From UHGV virus genome UHGV-0141541: a stretch of DNA of 64,000 bases; one strand, given 5' to 3'. The notes beneath the pieces were generated by a model. That model did not search any database. It was not told the origin of the DNA and saw only the letters and a program-made list of their open reading frames with translations. The stretch's first letter is position 1; every line of letters starts with the position of its first letter. Made by a program: the position numbers and the translations under genes. Below are positions 28,761 to 38,031 of this stretch, in pieces. Source of the DNA: a virus.

Positions 28761-29615
28761 TCATAACACTTCCCATTTATCACCATATTTCTCCATAGCT
28801 CTTAGCCAGTAAACATGGCCACTAGGCATAGTGATGTGAGGCTCACCAAACTCTTCTCCATGTACATCAAAGATGTCCCCAACAGAAAATTGGGGGATTT
28901 CTGTTCCGTTTTCACCTATATGTGTAATTCGTATACGTTTCGGTTGGGATTGTCCACCTTTGAGCGAGTTGTTCACTGCTCTGGCAATTTTCTCCCGCAA
29001 TTGCTGCGTTCCGTGATACGTAACCGCAATATCCCTCAACTCGTTCACCAGTTCTCGAATCTGGTGATCTTTAAGCTCATTATTTGGGTGATTGGTAACA
29101 ACTCTGGTTAATTCACCCTTGTCTTTTGCTCTTACGTATGCAGCTCTTGTGCATTCGACCCATGTATTACCGCCTACATTAACTTCGTAGATTAGGCTGG
29201 ACTTATCTGTCAATTCGGAACAAATACGGGCCGTGGTCTGGCAACTAGAGCATTCGCAGTTATCGCGGAAACCGTGGTCTACTGGCTTCGGTTTCACATC
29301 ATCAACTTTTTCTACCCTATCGGAATTTAAATACTTCGAAGCCTTGCTATGCCAATCGCTGGTTTTAGGATCTTGTCCATCCATCAAACGCCAGGCTTCA
29401 GCGATTAACTCATAACTAGTGACTGTAGCTTCCTGCGCATCACCAATAAGTCGTGTAATCTCTCTTTCAAGCCGACCGCCTAGCTCTGTTTTAGTGCAAT
29501 GTTCTGACCAATCGCCAGCCTCAAGCAGCGCGAGAATGCTTAAAATATCGTCCAATAGATCAGTGGTATTATCGACTTCCTTCTGAAACTCACCGGCTAC
29601 TGATTTATGCATCAT
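28761..29615 (-). CDS. hypothetical protein with Cys-rich segment
   Basis: 284 aa; CECSSCQ...C cluster; overlaps the downstream Toprim-like ORF by 26 nt in another frame. Confidence 0.5.
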   Translation of the reverse strand: MMHKSVAGEFQKEVDNTTDLLDDILSILALLEAGDWSEHCTKTELGGRLEREITRLIGDAQEATVTSYELIAEAWRLMDGQDPKTSDWHSKASKYLNSDRVEKVDDVKPKPVDHGFRDNCECSSCQTTARICSELTDKSSLIYEVNVGGNTWVECTRAAYVRAKDKGELTRVVTNHPNNELKDHQIRELVNELRDIAVTYHGTQQLREKIARAVNNSLKGGQSQPKRIRITHIGENGTEIPQFSVGDIFDVHGEEFGEPHITMPSGHVYWLRAMEKYGDKWEVL

Positions 29616-29833
29616 TCGTCATCCTCATCCGAGTCATCCTCATCACAGGATGAGAGTAGTGGGTTAGTCATTCGCCCTACTTGAGTGGCGTAGCCACGCC
29701 GACAGAGATTGCGCAGCACACTGTATATTTCGAACATCTCGGTTCGTTCATCGCCAACATCAAACTCAGATGCTATAGCGTGGCATTCAGTCGCGAGAGC
29801 CGATATTTTCTGAAATAACTCTGCTTTATTCAC
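29612..29833 (-). CDS. hypothetical small acidic protein
   Basis: 73 aa, 4-nt overlaps with both neighbours. Confidence 0.4.
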   Translation of the reverse strand: MNKAELFQKISALATECHAIASEFDVGDERTEMFEIYSVLRNLCRRGYATQVGRMTNPLLSSCDEDDSDEDDE

Positions 29834-30330
29834 TCTTCGACTCCTTTACGAAGCTGTTCAGCAATACTTACGCATATCTCTGCGCCTCTAATCAGCCCCG
29901 GAACGTTCTTGTTTGGCCCAACTTCACCATCAACAAAATCAATCATCGCGTTACGAGCCATATCCACGCCTTGCGCACGTACTTCAGCCAGAAAAGCATC
30001 GGTGGCTGGAGTCTCCGTTAATTCGCTAACCCAATTATCTCCGTGTTCGTCGGCACACATCTCATCGAATGCTCGCTCAGATTCTTTCAGGGCTGCATTC
30101 TCCGCCGCTAATGCGTCTCTCTGCGCCCGCAACTTCTCAATTTCGGCAGCCATGTAGTAACCAACCATAGCGAAGACGGCAAAAGAGTTGTCTGCCTCAT
30201 CAGGCGACACTGAGGCCATTAGCAGACCATCGTAATAATCGTGACTCCCATTGGTGATCGCCACCGCATAGGAGTCGTGGTTCTCACGCTTGTGAATGAG
30301 AACTACGGGGTTTTCGATTTTGTTACTCAT
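29830..30330 (-). CDS. hypothetical protein
   Basis: 166 aa ORF. Confidence 0.5.
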   Translation of the reverse strand: MSNKIENPVVLIHKRENHDSYAVAITNGSHDYYDGLLMASVSPDEADNSFAVFAMVGYYMAAEIEKLRAQRDALAAENAALKESERAFDEMCADEHGDNWVSELTETPATDAFLAEVRAQGVDMARNAMIDFVDGEVGPNKNVPGLIRGAEICVSIAEQLRKGVEE

Positions 30331-30468
30331 GTGTTTTTCTCTTCTTTGCTGTTACATAAGCACTACCAAGTGCTGGTTTATTTTCACAAATAAGAAAAGG
30401 TAGAAAACAATTTATTTAAGGCCACAACTTATGGCCTTTATTTATTCATGCCGAAGGATTTGTAGCGT

Positions 30469-30849
30469 CTAATTGCCGGATAAAATGGGGTGAGGTGCTT
30501 GCCAGTAGGCTCCACCGGTCCATGTGAACCCCATGCGAATAAGAGTGTTTATTGCGGCTTTGGTAGACTCAGATTCGACACTGGCTTTTCGAAACTCTTG
30601 AACCTCTTTCGCCAACCTGTATGTAATTGTGCAGGGGACGATTGCAGCCCAGCCTTTCTCATGACTGTTAATGACCATCTGGATGTGACCATCCAGAATA
30701 GGTTGATTAGGCATGTTATTGAAAACGTCTGCCTGTTTTTGAATGTGAATAAAAAGCCTTGCCAGCTCCATTTGCTCACTACGAGACAAGGGATTATCAA
30801 GAGGGCTTTTTGCAAAAGCGGCTATACGCTGTGCGTCAATGCCAAACAT
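30469..30849 (-). CDS. hypothetical protein
   Basis: 126 aa ORF; followed by hairpin GGCCATAAGTTGTGGCC. Confidence 0.5.
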   Translation of the reverse strand: MFGIDAQRIAAFAKSPLDNPLSRSEQMELARLFIHIQKQADVFNNMPNQPILDGHIQMVINSHEKGWAAIVPCTITYRLAKEVQEFRKASVESESTKAAINTLIRMGFTWTGGAYWQAPHPILSGN

Positions 30850-31553
30850 CAGCGCACCTCACCATCTTTATGGCTGGAGTTAACTTCCGCCATTAAATGT
30901 CTGACGTAATCGACAAGAGAGCCACCTGGTGGAATCTGGCATTCCTCAACTAACTGGAAGTAGATATCCGCTGCATTACGTGTATTGCTACCCGCACATA
31001 TTCTTTCTTCCCGAAGTGCATGAAGCTCGTTGATCAAACGGTCACACTCTCCGTTACGCTGATCCACAACGGCCTCAAGCTCTGCGACGCATTCACCTGG
31101 CGTCTTACCTTCTTTGCGTTGGATGGTAACGACGAAATCGCCAATTGCAGGGACGTTGTAATCCAGCTCAAGGTAGTTTTTGGCACCGCTGCGGACGAAC
31201 TCACCCGCGAACATGGTGGCGAACATCGCAGAGGCCACTTCGCCGTTGAAAAGTGACTCAAGATCTAACGGAGTCCCGGCAGCAAGAGCCTCTTTTGCTG
31301 TATCCATTGCATCCATGAACCGATCAAACTCACTAGCGCGCTTTTCCATGTCTTTCCATTGCTCGCTCCAACGTTTGGCAACGAAGTCTATGAATGTTTT
31401 CGCGGATTCATCAAAATTCCCCTCAAACTTAACGATGCCTTTATCAATAATGATCTGGCCTACCGCATCCTCTGCATAACCTTTCAATGTAAACTTGAAA
31501 GGAAAATCAGAATGGCCTGTGACGTTAAAATGCTCTAACTGGAGGTTGTTCAT
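30849..31553 (-). CDS. hypothetical protein
   Basis: 234 aa ORF; motif family 2 copy about 45 nt upstream. Confidence 0.5.
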   Translation of the reverse strand: MNNLQLEHFNVTGHSDFPFKFTLKGYAEDAVGQIIIDKGIVKFEGNFDESAKTFIDFVAKRWSEQWKDMEKRASEFDRFMDAMDTAKEALAAGTPLDLESLFNGEVASAMFATMFAGEFVRSGAKNYLELDYNVPAIGDFVVTIQRKEGKTPGECVAELEAVVDQRNGECDRLINELHALREERICAGSNTRNAADIYFQLVEECQIPPGGSLVDYVRHLMAEVNSSHKDGEVR

Positions 31554-31614
31554 GTGTTTTTCTCTTATCGTTTAGTCACTAAATTCTTACACAAATTAAG
31601 TAAGTATTTACCTA

Positions 31615-33300
31615 TCATTTAACGCGTTTGAAAACGTATACGCTGACTGTGATCCCTGTGTCTTCAAACTCGTTGGTAAACGACTTCCCTCTGGCATAAA
31701 CGTAATTATCCATCGTCATCCAGTCCAGTATTGGCGCAGTGCCCGGCAATACTGCTACAAGACGCCCGCCGACTTTCAGATGCCCCAGCGCAGCCATCGT
31801 GTGCTCTCTATGACGACCAAGCGAGTACGGCGGGTTCATAACGATTTTGTCGAACTGATAACCTGCGTTGTCCTCAGACCACTTTATGAAGTCGCAGCAA
31901 ATCGTGTTCGTATACCCTTTTCCACGCAGGATATCAGCGAAGAGAGGTGCGATTTCTATGCAGGTAACATCTTCCAGATCGGCGTTAATATAGGCCAGAA
32001 GATCCCCACGTCCGGCTTGAGGCTCCAGCAGCTTCTCACCAGGCTTCAATTCAGTGGCTCTGGCAACGTACTCAGCAATCAAGCGTGGGGTAGGGTAGAA
32101 CTGGTGTGATTTTGTATCCGGTATTAAACCGGTAGCCACAATCGTATTTAGCGTATGGCCGATGTCATACGGGAACTGCCAGTGCTTTTTCTCCTGCACG
32201 CCGCCAATGAAGCTCAGTGTGCGCTCAAGCTCTTCCACATGCGACTTCTGGAGAGCTAAATCAGAGAAGTACCATACGCCTTTGTCTTTGCTCAATCGCC
32301 CGTCACGAAGCGCAGTGCGAACCGGCACGGAGATCGTCTTCTGGATTAACCCGAACTGCTTTGGTGCCCGTGTTTTTGGGGCAGTTCGGCATGGCGCGGG
32401 GATTGCAGCAGGCATACTGTAAGCCAGCACCTCATTCAACTTCCAGGCCACGTCAGGATGTATTTCAAAGTGAACGTTGCCGTTCTTGAACATCTTCACG
32501 CGCATCAGATTTCCATCGACGTTCATCCAGTCACCGGTCTGGCAGTCGTTTGCCCTATACGCAGCTGATAGCACCTCAGCAGTGCGGTTGATGGTAATAA
32601 ATTCTTTGTGCGCGAAGAAATGAAGCAAGACACGTAGATCGTCGATGTAGTCCTCTTTGCGATAGTTCACGCTAACGCTGTCCCGCCAGAAATCAGAAAT
32701 GCAGTCAGCGATTATCAGCCGCTCGCTGAAACCGTTTGTCTTATTTGTCTTGTGCGCAGGACTCAGCGCCTTAAACAAGCCATACACGCGCTCAGAGAGA
32801 TATTTGTGCCTGTCATTCAGTAAATTAAGCATCGTGGGTATGACCGTTTCTGCTTTGAACTCCGGTACACCAACGAACTCTTTAACCTTCATCTGGTAGC
32901 CGGTTCTGTCAGTTTTGATGACTTCCTGTTTGCCCTCTATAAACTGCTCGCGCCACTCATCTCGACGGGAAGCTGGCATGATCAGCAAAACGTTAGTCAT
33001 GTCCGTGACCTTCCTCCAGTACTCGGCCCAAATATTCTGTTTCACCCATTCCAGATCGACTTTATCCAACCAACCTCGATTTAAACGCGAGCGATCTTCA
33101 TCTGGTCGATGGTTTAGTCTCAGCAGGCGATTAATCATGTTGTGGCGTTCGTCGCCATAAACGAAGTCGTGTACCTGATACATGAAGGCGATCTCTTTCT
33201 CGCACTCGGCCACGATTTCGTGGATGACATTCATTTCCTGACGATAGTCGATAGCCGTGTTTGAGCTGGCATCGTCGATGATGGAAAGGGCTGTATTCAT
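31615..33300 (-). CDS. large protein with C-terminal gamma-class N6-adenine DNA methyltransferase domain
   Basis: 561 aa; motif X QFYPTP, motif I LLEPQAGRGDL, motif IV VMNPPY in the C-terminal ~200 aa; N-terminal ~350 aa unassigned. Confidence 0.7.
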   Translation of the reverse strand: MNTALSIIDDASSNTAIDYRQEMNVIHEIVAECEKEIAFMYQVHDFVYGDERHNMINRLLRLNHRPDEDRSRLNRGWLDKVDLEWVKQNIWAEYWRKVTDMTNVLLIMPASRRDEWREQFIEGKQEVIKTDRTGYQMKVKEFVGVPEFKAETVIPTMLNLLNDRHKYLSERVYGLFKALSPAHKTNKTNGFSERLIIADCISDFWRDSVSVNYRKEDYIDDLRVLLHFFAHKEFITINRTAEVLSAAYRANDCQTGDWMNVDGNLMRVKMFKNGNVHFEIHPDVAWKLNEVLAYSMPAAIPAPCRTAPKTRAPKQFGLIQKTISVPVRTALRDGRLSKDKGVWYFSDLALQKSHVEELERTLSFIGGVQEKKHWQFPYDIGHTLNTIVATGLIPDTKSHQFYPTPRLIAEYVARATELKPGEKLLEPQAGRGDLLAYINADLEDVTCIEIAPLFADILRGKGYTNTICCDFIKWSEDNAGYQFDKIVMNPPYSLGRHREHTMAALGHLKVGGRLVAVLPGTAPILDWMTMDNYVYARGKSFTNEFEDTGITVSVYVFKRVK

Positions 33301-33441
33301 AATTACACCATTAAATAATTTGTTTTCTGATTGGTGTAATTATCGCAAACTTGAAAAGGCATAAAAGCTGCATTCATAGGCGTTACAGCAGATTTAAGGC
33401 GTAAAAATGGGGGCTGTCGCCCCCTGTCGACTGGTGCTGTA

Positions 33442-34008
33442 TTAGAGTGCGTATTGCGTTTTGTGCGGCTGCTTATTCAAGTCATGGCGATGCGTGAGCT
33501 CCCGCATCATGTCTTCAAGGCGACTCTTTGTGTCGTCAAGCTGGTCGGCCATTGCACCTAAAAGCTGGCGAACGGCCATCGGATCGTCGCTGTTTAGTGA
33601 TGGCATTTTATAACCTGCTTTAGAAGACATAAGGTTGATTGCAGACATCAACATCGTTAGAGAGGATTTAAGCCCGGCAATTTCACGATCTTTGCTGGCA
33701 ATAATCGTCTCACTTTTGTTGCCGTCATCAGTTCCTTGAGTCTCGCTCACCATATCCAAAGTCGCTTGCAACTTATCAGCTCTCTCTTTTTCAGCAAGGT
33801 AATGAACACCGAAATGGTGTGCCAAAGCTACAATCTGAGTTGGCTCTTCAAAGGTGGAATTAAAATTAAGTATTGTAAACAGTCTCTCAAATATGGAAAC
33901 GTCTTCTATTCCTCGAAGAATGGCTAACATTTTGACAAGTTCATTAGCATCCATTTCTTCGAATAGGGCGTTTTGTTCATCAGCTATTGCTTTGCATTTC
34001 TCGCACAT
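33442..34008 (-). CDS. hypothetical protein
   Basis: 188 aa ORF preceded by motif family 1 copy at 34027-34058. Confidence 0.5.
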   Translation of the reverse strand: MCEKCKAIADEQNALFEEMDANELVKMLAILRGIEDVSIFERLFTILNFNSTFEEPTQIVALAHHFGVHYLAEKERADKLQATLDMVSETQGTDDGNKSETIIASKDREIAGLKSSLTMLMSAINLMSSKAGYKMPSLNSDDPMAVRQLLGAMADQLDDTKSRLEDMMRELTHRHDLNKQPHKTQYAL

Positions 34009-34305
34009 GTGTTTTCCTTAATGCTTAAACAAGTTGTTTTCTTATTGGCTTTATTGTGATGTGGCATATAAGGGGAGCAAGCTAAACGTAAAGGTGCAAA
34101 CTCTCTATTTCGGTCAACGAAACACAAGGGCCAAATGGCCCTTGTCATTAACACTTTGCTTTACGAACTAACGGATAAGCGAAGTAGATCGCCAAACCAA
34201 TGAGGACGCCATCAGAAATGACAGACATCATCTTTCCCGTAAAATCCACCAACACCGCCATCACCAGAAGAGCAATGACGATCACAAGCCGGAATCTCTC
34301 AAGCA

Positions 34306-34731
34306 TTAGAGATAAGCATCCAGTGACAACTGAAGCGCCTGGGCGATCTTTTTCAGTGCCTGCTCTTCTTGTTCACCAATGCCATCCTGATCGGCAATAT
34401 CAAGGCACAGACACAGAACATCGACCGCCTCTGGAGTACCCGCAATATCAGACAGCTCACGAATAGCCTGTGCATTAGCAGAACGAGGGGACGCTTCGTA
34501 ACGAGCACGGATATTGGCGCTCATTTGGGCAATTTCACCAGCAAACGGAGAAAACGCAGGCAGAGCTGCAATTGTCTTCTCAAGAATGGCAATTTCTTTT
34601 GCGTCACATGTGCCGTCGGCATAGGAGATCATGTACGCGCCCCACACGGTGGCCTCAACCGCATCACGGTTCTCCATTTTTTTGACTTCGATAACTGCTT
34701 TACGAGTTTTCTTTTTGAAGAAACCTAACAT
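34306..34731 (-). CDS. TerB-like domain protein (tentative)
   Basis: 141 aa; helical, ISYADG/EIAILE-type pattern reminiscent of TerB; RBS AAGGA; own upstream motif family 1 copy. Confidence 0.4.
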   Translation of the reverse strand: MLGFFKKKTRKAVIEVKKMENRDAVEATVWGAYMISYADGTCDAKEIAILEKTIAALPAFSPFAGEIAQMSANIRARYEASPRSANAQAIRELSDIAGTPEAVDVLCLCLDIADQDGIGEQEEQALKKIAQALQLSLDAYL

Positions 34732-34824
34732 GTGTTTTCCTTTTGTTATTTGTCAAAACAAGTTGTTTTCTAGTTAAATAAATTGCTTACGCAAAGACGG
34801 TCAATGCATATGCACTAACAACCG

Positions 34825-35013
34825 TCAGAAATAACCAAGTACCGAACCGACTGGAAAAATAAAAATCCCAACTACACGAGCCAAGGTCATGCCAGCCTGA
34901 AACTGGAGATCGCCAGAGCAAACAAGTTTTATAATGTTCGATACCCAACCGGCGGCCATGAGGGCAAGAATTGCCAGCCAAATTTTTCCAAAGTGATTTG
35001 AAAACCAGTTCAT
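34825..35013 (-). CDS. small two-TM membrane protein
   Basis: 62 aa with two hydrophobic segments. Confidence 0.45.
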   Translation of the reverse strand: MNWFSNHFGKIWLAILALMAAGWVSNIIKLVCSGDLQFQAGMTLARVVGIFIFPVGSVLGYF

Positions 35014-35022
35014 ACAACCGCC

Positions 35023-35517
35023 TTAGTCACAGCATGATCCTGAGTAACTGGATGAACTTGAGGTATCGCATCCACCGCCATCCCATCCAGAGTGACAGGA
35101 CGCTCCACTGGAGTGGTGGTAATTGTCGTCGACGAAGGTATGGTGATGGATGAATCCGGCATCAAAAGGCTCTGACCGGCTGGAACGGCTACCGTCGCCA
35201 GTGAAACTATAATGAGAACGTAGGCCATTGGTTTCAGCCTCTTTCTTTGAAAATTTTCCATTCGAACTGTCCTTGTTGTTTTTCTCCTTCACTAAAGGCC
35301 GTGCATTTTTCGCTTCGCGTGAAGAACCAGAGGCAACAATCGCCCCCACGTTCGCAACAACTGACGCTTGATTATCTAAACGTTCATTCAGCAACCGAAC
35401 GGTAGTCTCTAGTTCATCAAGGCGTGACATAACACGACCGCTAAATAATTCGGCCAAAATTTGACGTAAAGAACGAGGACGTTTAGTTACAGAAGTGAAA
35501 TAGGTTTGACGTGCCAT
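35023..35517 (-). CDS. hypothetical protein with coiled-coil N-terminus and S/G/C-rich tail; contains nested alternate-frame ORF
   Basis: 164 aa; nested ORF 35010-35261 encodes a Pro/Thr-rich protein with a signal-like segment. Confidence 0.45.
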   Translation of the reverse strand: MARQTYFTSVTKRPRSLRQILAELFSGRVMSRLDELETTVRLLNERLDNQASVVANVGAIVASGSSREAKNARPLVKEKNNKDSSNGKFSKKEAETNGLRSHYSFTGDGSRSSRSEPFDAGFIHHHTFVDDNYHHSSGASCHSGWDGGGCDTSSSSSYSGSCCD

Positions 35518-35665
35518 GTGGACTCCATCCAGTGTCAGAAAGAGTTGCGGCTGGCGATTGCCAGCCGCCTTTCTCGTTCCATCCTGGAACTGTGTCTTAC
35601 CGACACATTGTCATCCTGACGCCGATAAGATACATGATTTAAAATGATAGGTAAACACTTACTTA

Positions 35666-36256
35666 CTATTTGTTATAAACAAAACCAATATCTTTCTTGT
35701 GAGGCATATCTGCTGCTGAAAAAGCTGCGATCTTCGCGAGTCGATCACATATTTCATTTTCACGATGCCCGGCGTGACCTTTAACCCACTTCCAGCGAAC
35801 ATTATGTCGACTTGCGGCCTCATCCAGACGCTTCCACAGATCAACATTCTTTACCGGTTTTTTGTCAGAAGTCATCCATCCATTGCGTTTCCACCATTTC
35901 ATCCACTGTGTCATGCCGTTTTTCAGATACTGGCTATCAGAGTGCAAAATAACGTTGCATGGATATTTCAAACGCTCCAGCCCGATAAGTGCCCCCATCA
36001 TCTCCATGCGGTTATTGGTGGTGCTATGAAAACCATCTGAGAACTCGCGTTCCTCACCACGATACTGGAGAACGATACCGTAACCGCCCGGGCCACCCGG
36101 ATTTTTAAGGCAAGAGCCATCACTAAAGATTTTCACGGTTTTAAGCTGGGGATTGAACTCTACGACAGGCGTTGTGGGATTGGTGCGGGGAGAATTTTTG
36201 TTTTTGTCTTTTTTGCGAGTTTTTGCTTGCGATCGGGCTGGTGTCTTCGTCGTCAT
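35666..36256 (-). CDS. rnhA: ribonuclease H (RNase HI family) with basic N-terminal extension
   Basis: FSDGSC...GGYG...TNNRMEM...SDSQY...VKNVDLW...VKGHAGH..NE.CD pattern closely matches RNase HI; start set at MTTKTP (RBS AGGAG). Confidence 0.85.
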   Translation of the reverse strand: MTTKTPARSQAKTRKKDKNKNSPRTNPTTPVVEFNPQLKTVKIFSDGSCLKNPGGPGGYGIVLQYRGEEREFSDGFHSTTNNRMEMMGALIGLERLKYPCNVILHSDSQYLKNGMTQWMKWWKRNGWMTSDKKPVKNVDLWKRLDEAASRHNVRWKWVKGHAGHRENEICDRLAKIAAFSAADMPHKKDIGFVYNK

Positions 36257-36837
36257 ATAAACTCCTGAATCAAGCGCCGCGCCGATTTTTCCTCGCGCGT
36301 GCGCACACGCGTGCGTGTTAATAATTATTAAAATAAACAAATTACTTCCCAGAACAGGTTTTTATAAACCTGAACTGAACGAACGAAGTGAGTGAAGTTC
36401 ACCTCGAACGAAGTGAGAGGTTGTCTTTTCAGGTAATACTCTCCCAGGGAGGTGAGTATAAAATTCCTCACCAACCTGGTCGTTTCATAACCTGAAAAGC
36501 TATGGTCTAAGTCTACTGCCAGCTTAGACTTGGGAAGTTATGGATGACAGCACCCCAGAACCGAGATCTTCCCACACTTTATGAAGGGGAGTACTGGATT
36601 CAACCTCTCGAAACACCCCAGACTCGACAATCATAAAGTGACCCTTGTCTCTGCTCACTTTGGTTCCCCCTTCCCCGACACCTATACGGCACCGGTTCTA
36701 CGCTGGTAGTGAGCTTTTTTAAACCTGACGCCAGTGACGCTTACCCCCACCCATCAGGTCGAGCCTCCAGTCTACGACTGGAAACTATCAGATCTTAGCA
36801 CTTACAATTCACTTTATGAATAGTTTGTACTTATCTA

Positions 36838-37068
36838 TCATTGTGATTGATTATTTTCTCGACCATGTAGTTGAACATTCAAGGCAAACACCTCATTGAT
36901 CAACTCACCTAAAAGCTGTTCAACAAGTTCGCGATGCTCGCCAAGATGCAAGCACTTAATTGCCCACTCGTACAAGTTGAAAGCCTGCTCACGATCTTTC
37001 ATCATTTCACGAGCCTGGGCCAGAAAATCGCTCTCTACGAGCGCAACGACATTAGTCGGGTATGACAT
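36838..37068 (-). CDS. hypothetical small protein
   Basis: ORF track 36838-37092; likely start MSYPTN; 76 aa. Confidence 0.4.
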   Translation of the reverse strand: MSYPTNVVALVESDFLAQAREMMKDREQAFNLYEWAIKCLHLGEHRELVEQLLGELINEVFALNVQLHGRENNQSQ

Positions 37069-37173
37069 GTTGGTTTCCTTAAAGTGGTTCATAAAATCGA
37101 TTTTAAAGCGTCTGGGAAGGGGGTCTAGTGGATTCTGTAGTGATGTTCAGGTCTGGGAGTCTCTGATACAAAA

Positions 37174-37233
37174 CAGCCTGCTTCCGTATATTAATAATTA
37201 ATATGTAGTTATTTATATATACAGAAGCAGGCT
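37174..37233. promoter_or_regulatory. IR-flanked AT-rich element (copy B)
   Basis: AGCCTGCTTC ... GAAGCAGGCT arms around a ~40-bp AT-rich core; near-identical copy at 8125-8185. Confidence 0.5.
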
Positions 37234-37254
37234 AATTACAGACGCCAGAACAAA

Positions 37255-37848
37255 CTAAGCAGCCTTCTTTGATGGTCTTTTTTTCCTGATCACATTCGCA
37301 GGATCATACCCTCCCAGACTTTTCATGACGTCCAAAGGGATCTTGCTTATAGAGTGCCCAGCGTCCTGACAGAATCCTCGAAAAACAACGAGCATACTGC
37401 CACCTGGGTTGATGTTTACTTCTACCTGACCCAGATTGACGTCAGGCTCGACAAACGCTACGCGGCCACCAGACAGAATAATCGTCTCATTCGCACACTC
37501 TGTTGCACGCTCATACCACTTTGTATCTAGGGATTGAGGAATTAGCATCACTGTTGTAACTCCGCGAGCCTGCTCACGTATAGCCGCATCAATCCAGGGG
37601 GAGATTTTGGAGTAGGGTGGATTGAGGAAGGCAATTGTACCTGGCTGTCCCCATTCAGATTTCAAAGCATCACGCTCAACGCCTATGAAATTAGGCAGCT
37701 TTGCATTGTCCTTGTTGCAGGCAACGTCAACATCAAATGTCACTCCAAGATAACGTTGAATGGCAGAAAACAGCCAGTCAGGTGTTCTCCAGAGGTCACG
37801 AAGAGAGTTGTCGCGCTTTCGCTGTTTGATTTTTTCGGCTGCAATCAT
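37255..37848 (-). CDS. dam: DNA N6-adenine methyltransferase (phage Dam-type)
   Basis: 197 aa; WRTPDWLF, FDVDVA, FLNPPY motifs typical of small phage Dam methylases. Confidence 0.75.
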   Translation of the reverse strand: MIAAEKIKQRKRDNSLRDLWRTPDWLFSAIQRYLGVTFDVDVACNKDNAKLPNFIGVERDALKSEWGQPGTIAFLNPPYSKISPWIDAAIREQARGVTTVMLIPQSLDTKWYERATECANETIILSGGRVAFVEPDVNLGQVEVNINPGGSMLVVFRGFCQDAGHSISKIPLDVMKSLGGYDPANVIRKKRPSKKAA

Positions 37849-38031
37849 CTTCTTTCTCGATAGGTAAGTAAATACCTATTTTTGCATTTGATTATATGTC
37901 TGGCAATCAAATAAAACGCGCCAGAAATGCAAACGAGAAGCTCTCTGGCGCGTTTTTGTGGTGCTGGGTATGTGATTGGCTTACCCAGCACTATAAAGCT
38001 CTCTATGGGCTTTATTTTCAGTAGGGGAACG

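Noticed and set aside
17346-30438. Hairpins of the form AAGGCCAC-N-TGGCCTT at 17346-17372, 28183-28208 and 30413-30438 as a separate mobile or repeat family
   Set aside because: Best explained as minus-strand intrinsic terminators (hairpin followed by TTGTTTTCT) that share sequence with motif family 1; not a distinct element.
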